A stretch of 64,000 nt of DNA from contig CAWALK010000014.1 in NCBI GenBank assembly GCA_963782915.1, positions 1 to 64,000 of the forward strand, in the 5' to 3' direction. Shown piece by piece: positions 24,543 to 33,958 of the stretch. Origin of the DNA: an uncultured archaeon (lineage in GTDB: Archaea; Thermoproteota; Bathyarchaeia; Bathyarchaeales; Bathycorpusculaceae). A program made the translations under genes and the position numbers. The stretch's first letter is position 1; each line of letters opens with the position of its first letter. The notes below the pieces were generated by a model, which worked only from the letters and a program-made list of their open reading frames with translations, had not been told where the DNA came from and searched no databases.

Positions 24543-24788
24543 TTAGTGAATTGTTGAGCCTTCTACAATCAACATTGTAACGATGCTTAGCGGATTAATC
24601 GAGAACCTCTTGATTTTAGAGATAACTGCTGTTAGTTTATCGAAGGTTTCCGCTTTTACTTTGACGATTATGTCATATGCGCTTTGCACCACGTATGCTT
24701 CCTGTACACATTCGTGCTTTCGCAGGCTGTTTAGGACAGCTTTTTCGGTACCTGACGCAGTACTTAACAATATGATTGCTGAAGGCAA
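24543..24788 (-). CDS. Stand-alone Lrp/AsnC ligand-binding domain protein
   Basis: VQEAYVVQSAYDIIVKV pattern, 81 aa, no HTH. Confidence 0.8.
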   Translation of the reverse strand: MPSAIILLSTASGTEKAVLNSLRKHECVQEAYVVQSAYDIIVKVKAETFDKLTAVISKIKRFSINPLSIVTMLIVEGSTIH

Positions 24789-24954
24789 CTTACTCTACCT
24801 CTGCACAGAGGGCATGGAGATCAAAATTAAGGGTTTTTGAAAAGCCTAGTTTGCATGTTCTGTTAAAGCGTACAAGCGTTAAGCAAAGCCCAAGAGGCTA
24901 ACATTGCAAACTGGAGTTGACCCTTTGCGAAGTCAAATCTTGAACAAGCGTCAA

Positions 24955-25389
24955 CTAGCCCTCGGTGAGGTGCCGACGAATTTGCACTGCATCCCCCTCT
25001 AAGGCTTCAGGCATCCGCCCTTGACTTTGATCCCTGTAAGCCTTACCATGCGTAAACCCCTCATGAGGCTTCATAGGAATAACGTGCACATGGAAATGGA
25101 AAACTACTTGCCCAGCTGCCCAACCATTATTCTGCACAACCCGAATCCCCTCAGCTGCCATAGCATCCCTAACCGCATGCGCCACCCGCTTGACAACCTT
25201 AAACAAGTAAGCGATTTCCTCTTCAGGTATGTCATAGATGTTTTCATAATGCTTTTTCGGAACCACCAAAGTGTGTCCCTCGTTGACTGGGCGGTTACTC
25301 AAAAAAGCCACCACACGATCATCTTCATAAACTCTGCTTGCAGGCGCCTCTTTGCGGATTATGCTGCAGAAGATGCAGTCTTCAGACAT
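24955..25389 (-). CDS. HIT family nucleotide hydrolase
   Basis: CIFC, GHTLVVPKKH, AGQVVFHFHVHVIP. Confidence 0.95.
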   Translation of the reverse strand: MSEDCIFCSIIRKEAPASRVYEDDRVVAFLSNRPVNEGHTLVVPKKHYENIYDIPEEEIAYLFKVVKRVAHAVRDAMAAEGIRVVQNNGWAAGQVVFHFHVHVIPMKPHEGFTHGKAYRDQSQGRMPEALEGDAVQIRRHLTEG

Positions 25390-25462
25390 CGATTTTCATA
25401 CCTTTCAGCGGTTTGATGTTAGGGTAATGGTTTAATAGAATTTACTGAGTCAGTAATACTTT

Positions 25463-26485
25463 ATGGAAACTTTCGTTGATGATATCGGTAGCTTCCCCTT
25501 GCCAGCGGGAATTAAAAGAGAAGACTACGCGAAAGCGTATGAAATGGCACGGGACGCTATAATCAAGGGCCAAGACCCATACAAAGACACGTTTGTAGAG
25601 AAAACCTTCTGCACTACAGTGGTTGATTCTTTCCGCAAAAAGCTTGCTTCCGGCTTAGATGTAGTTAATTACCCCCAGCACTTCAGCGGATTACGCCAAG
25701 TCGGCGACGCCATCCACGCTGCAATGGCAACCGGCTCCTTTGTAGTAGACGAAAAAACCGCCATACTCCCCGAAATCTACGTACTAAACAAAGAAGCCAA
25801 AACGCTTAGTGAGGAATTCGGCAAAAAAATCCAACTCCGAGTCTCAATCTTTGGCCCCATCGAGCAGTACCTAAACGAAGTCGGCGCAACAGCCTACCCC
25901 GACGTACTCGACGGATTCGCCCAAACAATCAACCGCTTCGCAAAAAACAGCATCCTCAACACCAAATACATAGAAACCAAAGCCATATCCATCGATGAAC
26001 CCAGCCTCGGCCACAGCAGCTTCACAGGAACCCCCGAATTAATCCGCGAAGCACTCGAAAAAGCCTACGACTTCCAAGGACCCATACGGCAAATCCATCT
26101 GCACTTTGCCTCAGGAATCCATGACTTGCTAGCTGTAAAAGGCCTTGATGTATTATCGTTTGAGTATGCTGCTTCACCCAAAAACATAGATGCCGTCTCT
26201 AAAGCCATGCTGGAGCAAGCTGACAAACAGATTCGCGTGGGTATCGCCAGAACAGACATCGACGCAATTTGGGCAGAGCTCTATGAGAAAGGCATAACTC
26301 AACCTACAAGTGAGCAAATAGTTGAGCCACTGGATACGATAAAGAAACGGTATCGGTTTGCTAAAGAAAAGTATGGTGAACGCATGACTTTTACGGGTCC
26401 TGACTGTGGCATGGGAAGCTGGCCAAGCCAAGACGCCGCACAGTTGTTGCTTAAAAGAGTGGTTGAAGCAGTAAAAACTGCTTAA
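25463..26485 (+). CDS. MetE/UROD-like single-barrel protein (core methionine synthase-like)
   Basis: DIGSFPLP, SIDEPSL, QIHLH, SFE, GPDCG. Confidence 0.7.
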   Translation: METFVDDIGSFPLPAGIKREDYAKAYEMARDAIIKGQDPYKDTFVEKTFCTTVVDSFRKKLASGLDVVNYPQHFSGLRQVGDAIHAAMATGSFVVDEKTAILPEIYVLNKEAKTLSEEFGKKIQLRVSIFGPIEQYLNEVGATAYPDVLDGFAQTINRFAKNSILNTKYIETKAISIDEPSLGHSSFTGTPELIREALEKAYDFQGPIRQIHLHFASGIHDLLAVKGLDVLSFEYAASPKNIDAVSKAMLEQADKQIRVGIARTDIDAIWAELYEKGITQPTSEQIVEPLDTIKKRYRFAKEKYGERMTFTGPDCGMGSWPSQDAAQLLLKRVVEAVKTA

Positions 26486-26489
26486 CTTT

Positions 26490-27356
26490 TTATTCTGTTG
26501 ACGGCTCTGCCACATCAGGTTGAGGTGGCAAAGGCGTTGTTTTCTTTGCTGCTTTTTCGCCGGGTTGCCCTCTTGGCAGTTCCTTGAAGCCGAAAGTGCC
26601 AATTGGAGGCCAACCTGCCTCAGGCATAGATGAAGGCACAAGCATAATCGTGTTAGTACCTGATTGTTGCCCCAATTCATAGAGGATGTTCATCCATCTT
26701 AGGCGCAAACCCTCTGGGCTTGTCTCATACATTTTGGCGGCTTCAATCATTTTCTGTGCAGACTCAAACTCGGCCGTTGCTAAGGTAACTCTTGCGATGC
26801 GTTCCCGTTCTGCCTGTGCTTGGCGACTCATGGCATCTTGAAGGTTGCCGGGGATGATGACGTCTCGGACTTCAACTGCTGTAGCTTTTATGCCCCATGC
26901 CTCTGTTTTTTCGTCAATGATTTCTCTTAGGTGAGCGCCGACTTTTTCTCGTTCAGCCAGCAATTCATTTAGGCTGACTTTGCCGATCACTTCCCGTAGG
27001 GTTGTTTGTGCGGCTAGCTGGGTTGCTTGGTAGTAGTTTTCTACTTGTAAAACTGCTTTTTCTAGGTCTATTGGCTTCATGTACATGACTGAGTCAACAT
27101 TTACGGGCACGTTGTCTTTGGTTAGGGTTGATTCTGTACGGAACTGAATTGTATCCAATCTTGTTGAGATGCGGATTGGAGAGCGATCGATTAGGGGTAT
27201 AAGGTACGCAAGCCCTGGGCCCCTCAAACCTACATAACGGCCTAAACGTAAAACGGGCATACGTTCCCATTCTTTAAGGATACGAATACCGCTTATGAAG
27301 AAAAGTGCAACAACAATAACTACAAAACCAATAATTGGAATTATGATATCAACCAT
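26490..27356 (-). CDS. SPFH/stomatin (slipin) family protein
   Basis: LTKDNVPVNVD, AQTTLREVIG, AMSRQAQAERER. Confidence 0.95.
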   Translation of the reverse strand: MVDIIIPIIGFVVIVVALFFISGIRILKEWERMPVLRLGRYVGLRGPGLAYLIPLIDRSPIRISTRLDTIQFRTESTLTKDNVPVNVDSVMYMKPIDLEKAVLQVENYYQATQLAAQTTLREVIGKVSLNELLAEREKVGAHLREIIDEKTEAWGIKATAVEVRDVIIPGNLQDAMSRQAQAERERIARVTLATAEFESAQKMIEAAKMYETSPEGLRLRWMNILYELGQQSGTNTIMLVPSSMPEAGWPPIGTFGFKELPRGQPGEKAAKKTTPLPPQPDVAEPSTE

Positions 27357-27394
27357 TCTCTAACCTCAATTAGGCTATTGGATGCTTTATGGAG

Positions 27395-27787
27395 TTAAGC
27401 TTTTTGCTCGACAGGCTTAACTACTAAGAACATGCCTTCCATCGATACCACTTCAACGTCCTGCCCAACGGGAACTATTCCATCTTTGGTGGTGGCTTGC
27501 CAGAATTCGCCTCCAAGGCGGATTTCACCTTTTGGTGCAAGTTCGGTGGTTACTACACCTTTCGCTCCGATTAGGGCTTCTTTACCGGTTTTTATTTTTT
27601 TATATTGCGCTTGGACGCCGACATAGAATAGCCAAGCGAAGATGGCGGCGAATACTAGAAGGATGATGGCTATTGTGACTTCAACTTCAACGGCTAATCC
27701 GTAGTATATACCTAAATCTGCTGATAGGATAAGAAAGGCGCCAATAACTACTAATGCGCCAGCAAGGAAAGCGAGCCAAGCATGCAT
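27395..27787 (-). CDS. NfeD family protein (stomatin partner)
   Basis: TGKEALIG..GEIRLGGEFWQA OB domain, upstream of the stomatin gene. Confidence 0.9.
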   Translation of the reverse strand: MHAWLAFLAGALVVIGAFLILSADLGIYYGLAVEVEVTIAIILLVFAAIFAWLFYVGVQAQYKKIKTGKEALIGAKGVVTTELAPKGEIRLGGEFWQATTKDGIVPVGQDVEVVSMEGMFLVVKPVEQKA

Positions 27788-27907
27788 TCTAGTTGCCTCT
27801 AATGAGTGATAGGTTGAATTTGCTTATAAGTTGCACGAGTATCTGCCAATAGTTCAAGATATTTAATAAAATAAGGACGCAGGGAAAGTAGTTTTAATAT
27901 GGTTTTT

Positions 27908-29533
27908 TTAAAGCTTAGTGGCATCTCGTCTCTGTTCTGAAACGTACGCAAATAGTGGACCTGATCGTTCGTTTCCCTCTGTTTGGACTTCAATCAGCGA
28001 AAACACTTTTTGCTCTTTTGCATCTTTTAGGGCTTCCCATAACTCATCTGATGTTTTACAATTGTAGCCTTTGCCGCCCCAGAGCTGTGCCATCTTTGCA
28101 TAGGGCCAATCTACCAAGTTGTTTATGGTGGAGGGATGGAAAAGCTGCTCCATGCCCCATACATGGTTGTTGCTGACTATAACTATGGGGTTTATGCCGT
28201 AGCGTGTGCTGTGGCAGATTTCTTGGCCTGTCATTTGGAAGGCGCCGTCGCCGACTAAGACGAGTGGGCGCTTCTTGGATTCAATAGTGTAGCCTATTGC
28301 GGCTGGAACAGCGAAGCCCATGGTGCCATAGAATGAGGCACCGATTATACTGGAGGATTGAAGGCGTAGTGTGGCGAAGAGTAGTTCGCCAGTGTCTGAG
28401 ATGGTGGGCATTTCGCCGTATTCTTGGAAGAAGCGGTTGAGAGTGTTAATTATGCCGTCTGTGGTTACGGTCGAGGAAGCTTCAGCTGCTTGGGCTTGCA
28501 CTGCTGTTGCGGGCAGGTCATACCATTTGTTTTTCGTTTGTGCCTCGCATAGTTTAGCCACTAAATAACGCAGAGATACACCCTCGAAAGTCTTGTGGAC
28601 CGCTTTAACCTTGGATAAGACGCACCTGACAACTTCGGCACTCCGCAAATTAGCTGCTTTCATACCGAAATTAACGTCTGAAACATCTTCGCCGAGCATT
28701 AAAACGAAGTCTGATGCATCAACCAGCTTCTTGGCTTCGGGGGTTCCAGCCTCGCCCAAGTAGACGCCGAAATAATTCTCTGCCTTGGGCGTATAGTCCC
28801 GTGCAAGCATGGTTGAAACAACCGGTACATTGAGTTGGCGTGCAACGGCAACGATTTCATCGACTAAACCATACCGTACTGCTTCAACACCGTACATAAA
28901 GACGGGTTTGGATGCTTCCGCGAGTTGGTTTTTGATGAATGTGTTTGCTTCTTCGAATTGTCCCTTATTCAACAGATTGGGTTCGAAGCTGAATTGAGGT
29001 ATAACCATTGGTGCTTCAGCCATGTCAGCGGGGATTTCGATGTAAACTGGCAGCATATGCTCTAAACAAACCGCCAATGCCTCTGCAATGAGTGATGCAG
29101 CCGTTTTGGGGTTATCTAAAACCACGGCTTTAGCAGTGACTTCCGAGTAGACTCCTCGCTGTGTAGCAGAGCCTTTTACGGTGTGGTGTACTAGAAAGCC
29201 GCTTTCCCGTACCTCCGTCGGCGGACCGCCCGCAATTACAATCAATGGTACTCTCTCGGAGTATGCGCATGCTACAGCGTTCACCATATTCAAAGCTCCC
29301 GGTCCATAGGTGACGCAGGCAACCTGAGGTTTCCGGGTGGCTCTGGATGCTCCGATGGCTGCGAACCCAACTGCTGGTTCATGCGATAGGGTGCATAGTT
29401 TGAGGGCTGGGTCGTTTTCGATTTGGCGGAAAAATTTTATTATGAAGTCGCCGGGGATGCCATAGATTGTTTGGATGCCTAAGTTCTTGATTGCTTGTAG
29501 AAGATATTGGCCGACTGTGGATGTGTTCTGCAA
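27908..29533 (-). CDS. ipdC: TPP-dependent indolepyruvate/phenylpyruvate decarboxylase family
   Basis: YGIPGDF, HEPAVGFAA, VTYGPG, VHH, GTMGFAVP, GDGAFQMTG..NN. Confidence 0.8.
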   Translation of the reverse strand: MQNTSTVGQYLLQAIKNLGIQTIYGIPGDFIIKFFRQIENDPALKLCTLSHEPAVGFAAIGASRATRKPQVACVTYGPGALNMVNAVACAYSERVPLIVIAGGPPTEVRESGFLVHHTVKGSATQRGVYSEVTAKAVVLDNPKTAASLIAEALAVCLEHMLPVYIEIPADMAEAPMVIPQFSFEPNLLNKGQFEEANTFIKNQLAEASKPVFMYGVEAVRYGLVDEIVAVARQLNVPVVSTMLARDYTPKAENYFGVYLGEAGTPEAKKLVDASDFVLMLGEDVSDVNFGMKAANLRSAEVVRCVLSKVKAVHKTFEGVSLRYLVAKLCEAQTKNKWYDLPATAVQAQAAEASSTVTTDGIINTLNRFFQEYGEMPTISDTGELLFATLRLQSSSIIGASFYGTMGFAVPAAIGYTIESKKRPLVLVGDGAFQMTGQEICHSTRYGINPIVIVSNNHVWGMEQLFHPSTINNLVDWPYAKMAQLWGGKGYNCKTSDELWEALKDAKEQKVFSLIEVQTEGNERSGPLFAYVSEQRRDATKL

Positions 29534-29632
29534 GGTTGTTTCCTTACAGTGGTTGGTTGCTTGGATAATTTAAGCCTTAAGCTTCAAAGCTAAAAAGAAA
29601 AAGAATTGTTGAAAAGGAAGAGGGGATGATCC

Positions 29633-29773
29633 TCAGTCGAATTCTGAGGGTAGAATTGATGGGCCTGTGTTGTTTGCGCTGCTGAACTGCGGGGTTATGG
29701 TTGGTCTGCGGCGTAGTGGCGGTGCGGGCATTGGGGATGGCGGTTCGAGTTCAACTTGGATTTTGTTTATCAG
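29633..29773 (-). CDS. Putative 46-aa proline-rich peptide
   Basis: CTG start after GGAGG, overlapping the protease stop. (M)INKIQVELEPPSPMPAPPLRRRP..SEFD*. Confidence 0.4.
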   Translation of the reverse strand: MINKIQVELEPPSPMPAPPLRRRPTITPQFSSANNTGPSILPSEFD

Positions 29774-30702
29774 TCTTCTTCGCCTCCGTGGGTTGTTGGG
29801 ATTACGGTTGCTTCGAGGAGTGTTTCTCTGCGGATGATGGTTAGTTTGGTTTCTTTGTCGATTACGTCTTCGGCGAGGAGTCGTGGTAAGTCGTAGAAGT
29901 CGGTGACTGGTTTGCCGTTGAATTTCACGAGTACATCGCCCATTGCTAATCCTGCTTTGCGTGCGGGAGAGCCTGCTTCAACGCTAAAGATCATGACGCC
30001 TGTTTCCTGCTCTAAGCCTGCTTGTTCAGCGATTTCTTCGGGGATGCCTACGGTGTTGGCGATGATGCCGAGGTATCCTCTTTGGGCGGTTTTGCCCGTC
30101 ATGAGGCGTTCGGAGATGGCTTTGACTTTGTTTATTGGGATGGCTATGCCTCTTTGCCAAACATAGGCGGTGTTTATGCCGATTAGTTTGCCTTCTACGT
30201 CGATGAGTGGTCCGCCGCTGAATCCTGGGTTGAGTTGTGCGTCGGTTGCGATGACGTTTTCCATGGCGGTTGAGCCTCGCCAGCCGCGTATGGTGCTGTT
30301 TACGCTTGTGACCATGCCGCTTGTGGCTGTGGGTTGGTTTTTGTTGAATGGGTTTGCCAATGCCAGTACGTATTGGCCGACGTCAAGTTTCTCGCTGTCC
30401 CCCATTGTTATGGGTGTGAATTCCCCCCTCTCCGCTTTCAATAGGGCAACGTCGTTGTATGGGTCGGTGCCCACGATTTTGGCGTTTATTGTTTTTTCGC
30501 CTTGCCCAATTTTTACTGTGCCGCATCCTGCGAGTACATGGTTACAGGTGACTATGTAGCCGTCCTTTGACAGGACGACACCTGTGCCCCGTGACATCTG
30601 CGCTTTTACTGCGACGACTGACTGCGAAGTTTTTTTGATTAATTCGCTTGTCGCCTCAGAGACTGATTTTAGGACTTCTAATGAAGTGGCTAGTTGAGTC
30701 AT
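29770..30702 (-). CDS. HtrA-like trypsin serine protease with one PDZ domain
   Basis: TCNHV, DVALL and NPGFSGGPL catalytic triad. GSPARKAGL PDZ motif. Confidence 0.92.
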   Translation of the reverse strand: MTQLATSLEVLKSVSEATSELIKKTSQSVVAVKAQMSRGTGVVLSKDGYIVTCNHVLAGCGTVKIGQGEKTINAKIVGTDPYNDVALLKAERGEFTPITMGDSEKLDVGQYVLALANPFNKNQPTATSGMVTSVNSTIRGWRGSTAMENVIATDAQLNPGFSGGPLIDVEGKLIGINTAYVWQRGIAIPINKVKAISERLMTGKTAQRGYLGIIANTVGIPEEIAEQAGLEQETGVMIFSVEAGSPARKAGLAMGDVLVKFNGKPVTDFYDLPRLLAEDVIDKETKLTIIRRETLLEATVIPTTHGGEED

Positions 30703-30799
30703 TTTGTTTTTCTCCGAAAGATGATACATCAAAAAAGTATATGTTGACTAAGGAACACGCAAACCTAGTCACAAAAGGGGTTGGTTTGCGGCGGTGGAT

Positions 30800-31092
30800 G
30801 GTTGCGGGTTGTTGTGGCAGTTTTGCAAGCAGATCGGGCCAAGGCAATCAGGAGGTCTTTTGCTTTGCCGCTACCTATCCTCCCTTATATAAGTAGGCTC
30901 AAAAAGTGTTGGGTTCAGCGCTTGGGTTGTAGGCGTTCATTGGTTTAACGTTAGGGTAACCTGCGTTTGTGGGAGATTTTGTTGGGTTTATATGCGTTTG
31001 TTTTTTGGGTTCGGTTGGTTTTAGGATGTTTGGGTTCTGTTGCTTTGCCAAGACCTCCCTATCCCCTATAAAACCGCTTTTTGCTGGCTCTT
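30800..31092. repeat. Dispersed G/T-rich intergenic repeat, family 1, copy B
   Basis: Collinear similarity to 3500-3790. Confidence 0.85.
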
Positions 31093-31274
31093 AGTAAAAT
31101 TCCCCATTGATGGAACCAAGTAGTAAATAGTCGGATGCATAAGCGTTCCGCTTAGTTGTTAGACGGCGATTGGCTGCCCCATGACAAGACTTTGGCGTAG
31201 ACGCCTACAAAGCATCAGAGAAAGACTTGCTAACCGCGAACCTACACAGCACTTCCGAAGAGGAGACATAGCTA

Positions 31275-31415
31275 ATGGGGTTGACAGAGCGTGAGCAAAA
31301 GATATTGCGGTTGAATGCAGAGGGTTTAAGTGATTATCAAATTGCCAAGAAGTTAAAGATAGAAACACCTAACGTTTATCGTGCACGGAAGGCGGCGCTC
31401 AGAAAACTTGATTAA
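31275..31415 (+). CDS. Small LuxR/Tfx-like helix-turn-helix protein (possibly truncated)
   Basis: MGLTEREQKILRLNAEGLSDYQIAKKLKIETPNVYRARKAALRKLD*. AGGAG upstream. Confidence 0.65.
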   Translation: MGLTEREQKILRLNAEGLSDYQIAKKLKIETPNVYRARKAALRKLD

Positions 31416-31659
31416 GCAAGGGCAGATTTGTCTTTTGTGGGTGGGGGTTATAGGATTTACACTGCACGGCCATAGAATGCGTTGTTTTTTGGCTAGTGCT
31501 TGTTTGATTTGTGCAATTTCGGGCTACCATGATTATAGCGACATTAGGTAGCATGGGGCATTATGATGGTGGTAGATGTATTGGAGTAGGGTTGAATGAA
31601 CCTTGGGTACTAATTTGAAAGGCAACCTGTGATGCACAAAACACTTGTGGCAGAAAGCG

Positions 31660-32020
31660 TGACAATTATTATATTTATTTGGTCTTTGTCGGGGACGGGA
31701 TGTGTAGGATTTTTCCCATCCCACGCTTGGGTTGTGGGGGCGGTTGGTTTTTTGGTTTGGGTTGATTTTGGGGTTGCGTTGGGATGGGCGGAGCACTTTT
31801 TTGTCCCATTCGCTGCATGGTGCTATGTTGGGTGGGATGGGATGAGGATGGGGAGGTATGTTGTGTGTTAGTTGTTTTTGGTTGTTTGTTTGTGTGCTCC
31901 AACCTGTGTGGGGCGCAGTTGCCGTAGCATAATGGTTTGGCATATTGGTGCGTCATTTGGTTGGGGTTGGCTGAGTTGATGATGAGCGGAGAAATATTCG
32001 TTGGTTGTCATCAACCAGTG
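31660..32020 (+). repeat. G/T-skewed multi-hairpin element, family 2 (GGATGG/CCATCC motif)
   Basis: Homologous to 60955-61134. Stems GGGACGGGA/TCCCATCCC, GATGGGC/GTCCCATT, TGTGCTCCA/TGGGGCGCA, GTTGATGA/TCATCAAC. Confidence 0.7.
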
Positions 32021-32122
32021 TGAGGTGGTGTAATTTTTTAGTAGTTGCACTATTATGCGGAGCAGGGTTGCAGCAGCAGCTGCTAACCTGTTTTTTTCAA
32101 TTATACAATAAATAATTAACAG

Positions 32123-32340
32123 CTAATAGAGGCTAAACCGTCGTTTCAGGTTGCTTTTTTGTCCATAGGAGAAAACCGATGGGTTATTGTTTAGAACAAG
32201 AGACAGTAAAAATTGTTCGACTCTGTTTTTATACAAAATGTACTGATATATAGATTCAATATCTGAATCACTTTGCAACAATTGAACAATGTATTGAAAA
32301 GATAAACGATCAAAAGCACGCAATCCAAGGACCTCTTTCT
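32123..32340 (-). pseudogene. Low-GC gene remnant
   Basis: AT-rich 66-aa ORF fragment, compositionally distinct from neighbours. Confidence 0.35.
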
Positions 32341-32509
32341 CCAGTTTTATATCGTGAGGTCGAGGCGCTTTTAGAGAGAGAGAAGAGCTTTAGCATAAAA
32401 AATATTTGACTTAAGATGGAACAAGTGCTAACAAGTAAGAGAAAATTATTTTCCCAGTTTAGAACAGCTTTTCTTTAGGGCAAAGAAAACTGCAACTTCC
32501 ATGTGCCGT

Positions 32510-33155
32510 TTATGTTAGGAAGTATCCGCCGCCAAAGTAGCCTACATTTCTGGTCATCGCTGAAGCGGTCTGTGAACTTATGCATACTTTGCCAATCAGT
32601 GACATTAGCTGGTAGGAAGCCTTTAGCGCCAAGTTGAGGTTGTTGTTGGTTAAGAATTTGGCGTCGATGTTTAATGCAGAGCCCGCTATGTTGGCTGATA
32701 TTTGTATGCCGCCGTCTTCTGTTATCCATTTTAGGGTGACGCCTTGGCTGCCCTCGGAGATGCCTAGCCATCGGAGCATTCCGAACCATTTGCCTTTAAG
32801 CTGCAGGATAAGCTGCTGTGTCATAAGGTCTGAGGGCAAAAACGTCTGTATCAGCGGCGTGGAGGGGTTTCTTTTGGGGGTATTGGAGTTTTAGTTCTGT
32901 TATTTTTGGGGTTACTTTGTAGCCTTCAGGTCCCTTTTTGATTATGCCTTCTTCTTCTAAGCGGGCAAGGATGCGTGAGAGGGTTTCTGAGTGGAGGCCT
33001 GTTCTGCGTTTTAATCCGTCGAAGCTGAATGTGGCTAAGTCTTCTGTTTCGATTAGTGCGAGCACGTCTGCGTCGCGTTCGCTAAGGCTGTAATCGGTTG
33101 GTTGGCTTTGCCAATTAACATTCAGAACAGGTATCATTATTCTATTCAATGGCAT
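32510..33155 (-). CDS. Winged-helix domain protein (frameshifted)
   Basis: FSFDGLKRRTGLHSETLSRILARLEEEGIIKKGPEGY, plus C-terminal ORF 32510..32839. Confidence 0.75.
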
Positions 33156-33301
33156 AATTGTTGCTTTTGAAGCTTACCCAAATCTCTCCGTGAAATCCAT
33201 GTTTAAATGCTGAATTTGCCTTTCTCGGCGTTTTTTGTATAAAAATACGTTGGGCAAGGGCACAACGTTTACAGTTGAGTTGCCGCTGCCTCACGAGTGG
33301 T

Positions 33302-33946
33302 TTAGCCTAAGCTGGTTTTTTCGCCTGTAACGATGTAGAGGACTGATTCGCAGACGTAGACGGCGTGGTCGGCTATGCGTTCAAGGTATCGGGTGACCAA
33401 GATGCTGGATATGTCGCATTTGCAGTTGGCGTGTTCTTTGCTGGTTACTTTGCTTAGGAATTCGAGGTACATTTGGTCCACTTCCCGTTCGGTGGGGTGA
33501 TGGTTTTTGCGAGGGCTATGTCATGTTTTCGCAGTGAATTAACGCTGATTTTTACCATTGACAGAACTTTTTCGCTCATTTCAGCAAGATGTTGTCTGGT
33601 CCATGGTTCACAGAGGGTTAAAGCGTTTAGTTGGTCATTAATGGATGATATATCTAAGGCGTATCTTCCGTATCTTGCGAAGTCGTTGCCGATTTTCATG
33701 TAAGATTTTATGGCACGCAAATCTGAGGCGACGGGTTGGAATCGTGCGATTAATTCAAAGGTTTTATCCTCTACTTTTGCAGCCATGGCAGACGAGTATA
33801 TCTGACATTTCTCTGACTTGGGCTTGTACGCTTTTGCCTTCTAAGTAGCCATGTATTGATAATGAGAGGGTTTCGTAGGTTAACTCGCCCATTTTCGCGA
33901 GTAAGGTTGATTGTTCTTCTAATCCACTGTCAATTATTCTGCTCAT
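33302..33946 (-). CDS. phoU: Phosphate signalling protein PhoU (frameshifted)
   Basis: [22 protein letters not shown]. Follows pstB. Confidence 0.9.
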
Positions 33947-33958
33947 ACTGTTTTCCTC

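Noticed and set aside
31533-32050. Several overlapping ORFs of 60-136 aa
   Set aside because: Low-complexity translations of G/T-skewed DNA, which lacks stops by composition. The same applies to 60948-61212 and 13107-13334.
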